Origin: Eledone cirrhosa
Lineage: Eukaryota
Length of the DNA: 64,000 bases
Assembly: GCA_964016885.1 (NCBI GenBank)
Contig: OZ024753.1
Location: 24,428,001-24,492,000 of the forward strand
Direction: 5' to 3'
Shown: one piece after another, positions 62,270 to 64,000 of the stretch
Layout: every line of letters begins with the position of its first letter
Numbering within the stretch: the stretch's first letter is position 1
Notes under the pieces: generated by a model
Databases searched by the model: none
What the model was told of the DNA's origin: nothing
Seen by the model: the letters and a program-made list of their open reading frames with translations, nothing else
Translations under genes and position numbers: made by a program

Positions 62270-64000
62270 AGACAGAGGATTAACACTGTATGTAACAGAC
62301 AGAGGACTAACACTGTATGTAACAGACAGAGGACTAACACTGTATGCAACAGACAGAGGACTAACACTGTATGTAACAGACAGAGGACGAACACTGTATG
62401 TAACAGACAGAGGACTAACACTGTATGTAACAGACAGACGACTAACACTGTATGTAACAGACAGCGGACTAACACTGTAAGTAACAGACAGAGGACTAAC
62501 ACTGTATGTAACAGACAGAGGACTAACACTGTATGTAACAGACAGAGGACTAACACTGTATGCAACAGACAGAGGACGAACCCTGTATGTAACAGACAGA
62601 GGACTAACATTGTATGTAACAGACAGAGGTTAACACTGTATGTAACAGACAGAGGACTAACACCATATGTAACAGACAGACGACTAACACTGTATGTAAC
62701 AGACAGAGGACTAACACTGTATGTAACAGACAGCGGACTAACACTGTATGTAACAGACAGAGGACTAACACTGTATGTAATAGAAAGAGGGTTAACACTG
62801 TATGTAACAGACAGAGGACTAACACTGTATGTAACAGAAAGAGGGTTAACACTGTATGTAACAGACAGAGGACTAACCCTGTATGTAACAGACAGAGGAC
62901 TAACACGATATGTAACAGACAGAGGACTAACAGTGTATGTAACAGACAGCGGACTAACACTGTTTGTAACAGACAGAGGACTAACACTGTATGTAACAGA
63001 CAGAGGTCTAACTCTATATGTAACAGACAGAGGACTAACACGATATGTAACAGACAGAGGACTAACACTGTATGTAACAGACAGAGAACTAACACTATAT
63101 GTAACAGACGGAGGACTAATACTGTATGTAACAGACAGAGGACTAACACTGTATGTAACAGACAGAGGACTAACCCTGTATGTAACAGACGGAGGACTAA
63201 CACTGTATGTAACTGACCGAGGGTTAACACTGTATGTAACAGACAGAAGACAAACACTGTATATAATAGACAGAGGACTAACACTGTATGTAACAGACAG
63301 AGAACTAACACTATATGTAACAGACAGAGGATTAACACTGTATGTAACAGACAGAGGACTAACACTGTATGTAACAGACAGAGGACTAACACTGTATGCA
63401 ACAGACAGAGGACTAACACTGTATGTAACAGACAGAGGACGAACACTGTATGTAACAGACAGAGGACTAACACTGTATGTAACAGACAGACGACTAACAC
63501 TGTATGTAACAGACAGCGGACTAACACTGTAAGTAACAGACAGAGGACTAACACTGTATGTAACAGACAGAGGACTAACACTGTATGTAACAGACAGAGG
63601 ACTAACACTGTATGCAACAGACAGAGGACGAACCCTGTATGTAACAGACAGAGGACTAACATTGTATGTAACAGACAGAGGTTAACACTGTATGTAACAG
63701 ACAGAGGACTAACACCATATGTAACAGACAGACGACTAACACTGTATGTAACAGACAGAGGACTAACACTGTATGTAACAGACAGCGGACTAACACTGTA
63801 TGTAACAGGCAGAGGACTGACACTGTATGTAACAGACAGAGGACTAACACTGTATGTAACAGAAAGAGGGTTAACACTGTATGTAACAGACAGAGGACTA
63901 ACACTGTATGTAACAGAAAGAGGGTTAACACTGTATGTAACAGACAGAGGACTAACCCTGTATGTAACAGACAGAGGACTAACACGATATGTAACAGACA
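62270..64000 (+). repeat. Tandem duplication, offset 1052 bp (39 monomers minus 1 bp), second copy truncated by the window end
   Basis: ORF anchors 62610/63662, 62604/63656 and 62480/63532. The rare AACACCATATG variant occurs at ~62660 and ~63712. Confidence 0.8.

Larger units (their letters stand above)
1..64000 (+). repeat. 27-bp tandem satellite array, consensus ACTAACACTGTATGTAACAGACAGAGG, ~2,370 monomers, open at both window ends
   Basis: Directly visible 27-bp periodicity throughout. All translated frames show 9-aa repeats (YVTDRGLTL, CNRQRTNTV, LSVTYSVSP, LLHTVLVLC). Most monomers differ from consensus by 0-3 substitutions. Consensus composition is A11 C5 G6 T5 with no CpG. Confidence 0.99.

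Noticed and set aside
348-63985. Very long ORFs on both strands (up to ~1,500 aa; YVTDRGLTL, CNRQRTNTV, LSVTYSVSP and LLHTVLVLC repeats) resembling repeat, mucin-like or beta-solenoid proteins
   Set aside because: Expected from a 27-bp unit lacking stops in four frames. The ORFs overlap on both strands, have no unique N- or C-terminal domain, show no visible third-position bias of variants, and are cut by frameshifting indels and stops that were themselves amplified.
1-64000. CRISPR array (repeat length in the CRISPR range)
   Set aside because: Monomers abut directly with no unique spacers, leader or cas genes.
1-64000. Telomerase-made long-unit telomere, as in some budding yeasts
   Set aside because: The 64-kb length, heritable variant cassettes and multi-kb higher-order duplications point to recombinational amplification rather than templated addition. 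No chromosome end is visible. A subtelomeric location cannot be excluded.
1-64000. LexA/SOS-box-like CTGT...ACAG in each unit
   Set aside because: Spacing is N5 or N9, not the required CTGT-N8-ACAG, and there is no bacterial gene context.
1-64000. Assignment as centromeric satellite, or to a named repeat family or species
   Set aside because: I do not recognise the monomer and there is no flanking sequence. A Dfam/Repbase/nt search and CENP-A ChIP or FISH would be needed.
1-64000. Pure sequencing artefact (rolling-circle concatemer) or synthetic repeat
   Set aside because: Variants are not random errors: they recur in ordered, hierarchically duplicated blocks, as expected for an evolved array. 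Copy numbers of the youngest duplicates still need read validation.

Overview
The whole 64-kb window is a single head-to-tail tandem array (satellite/minisatellite) of a 27-bp monomer, consensus ACTAACACTGTATGTAACAGACAGAGG, about 2,370 copies. It runs off both ends with no unique flank, so the organism and locus cannot be assigned, although the scale suggests a eukaryotic satellite. I can support no gene, RNA gene, transposon or CRISPR array. The long ORFs are a by-product of a 27-bp unit (9 codons) that is stop-free in 4 of 6 frames. The real structure lies in the pattern of monomer variants: nested higher-order duplications (about 0.2, 0.6, 1.05, 1.2, 1.3, 1.9, 2.0, 3.5 and 4.4 kb), a dispersed copy offset by about 15.6 kb, recurrent 23/25/26-bp deletion monomers, and a change of variant vocabulary near 10.2-10.8 kb. 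There is also one in-register 34-bp inversion at 10803-10836, the only orientation break I found. A speculative point is that the + strand monomer packs splice-signal-like and STAR/QKI-binding-like motifs. All coordinates were read by eye, and duplication boundaries are approximate.
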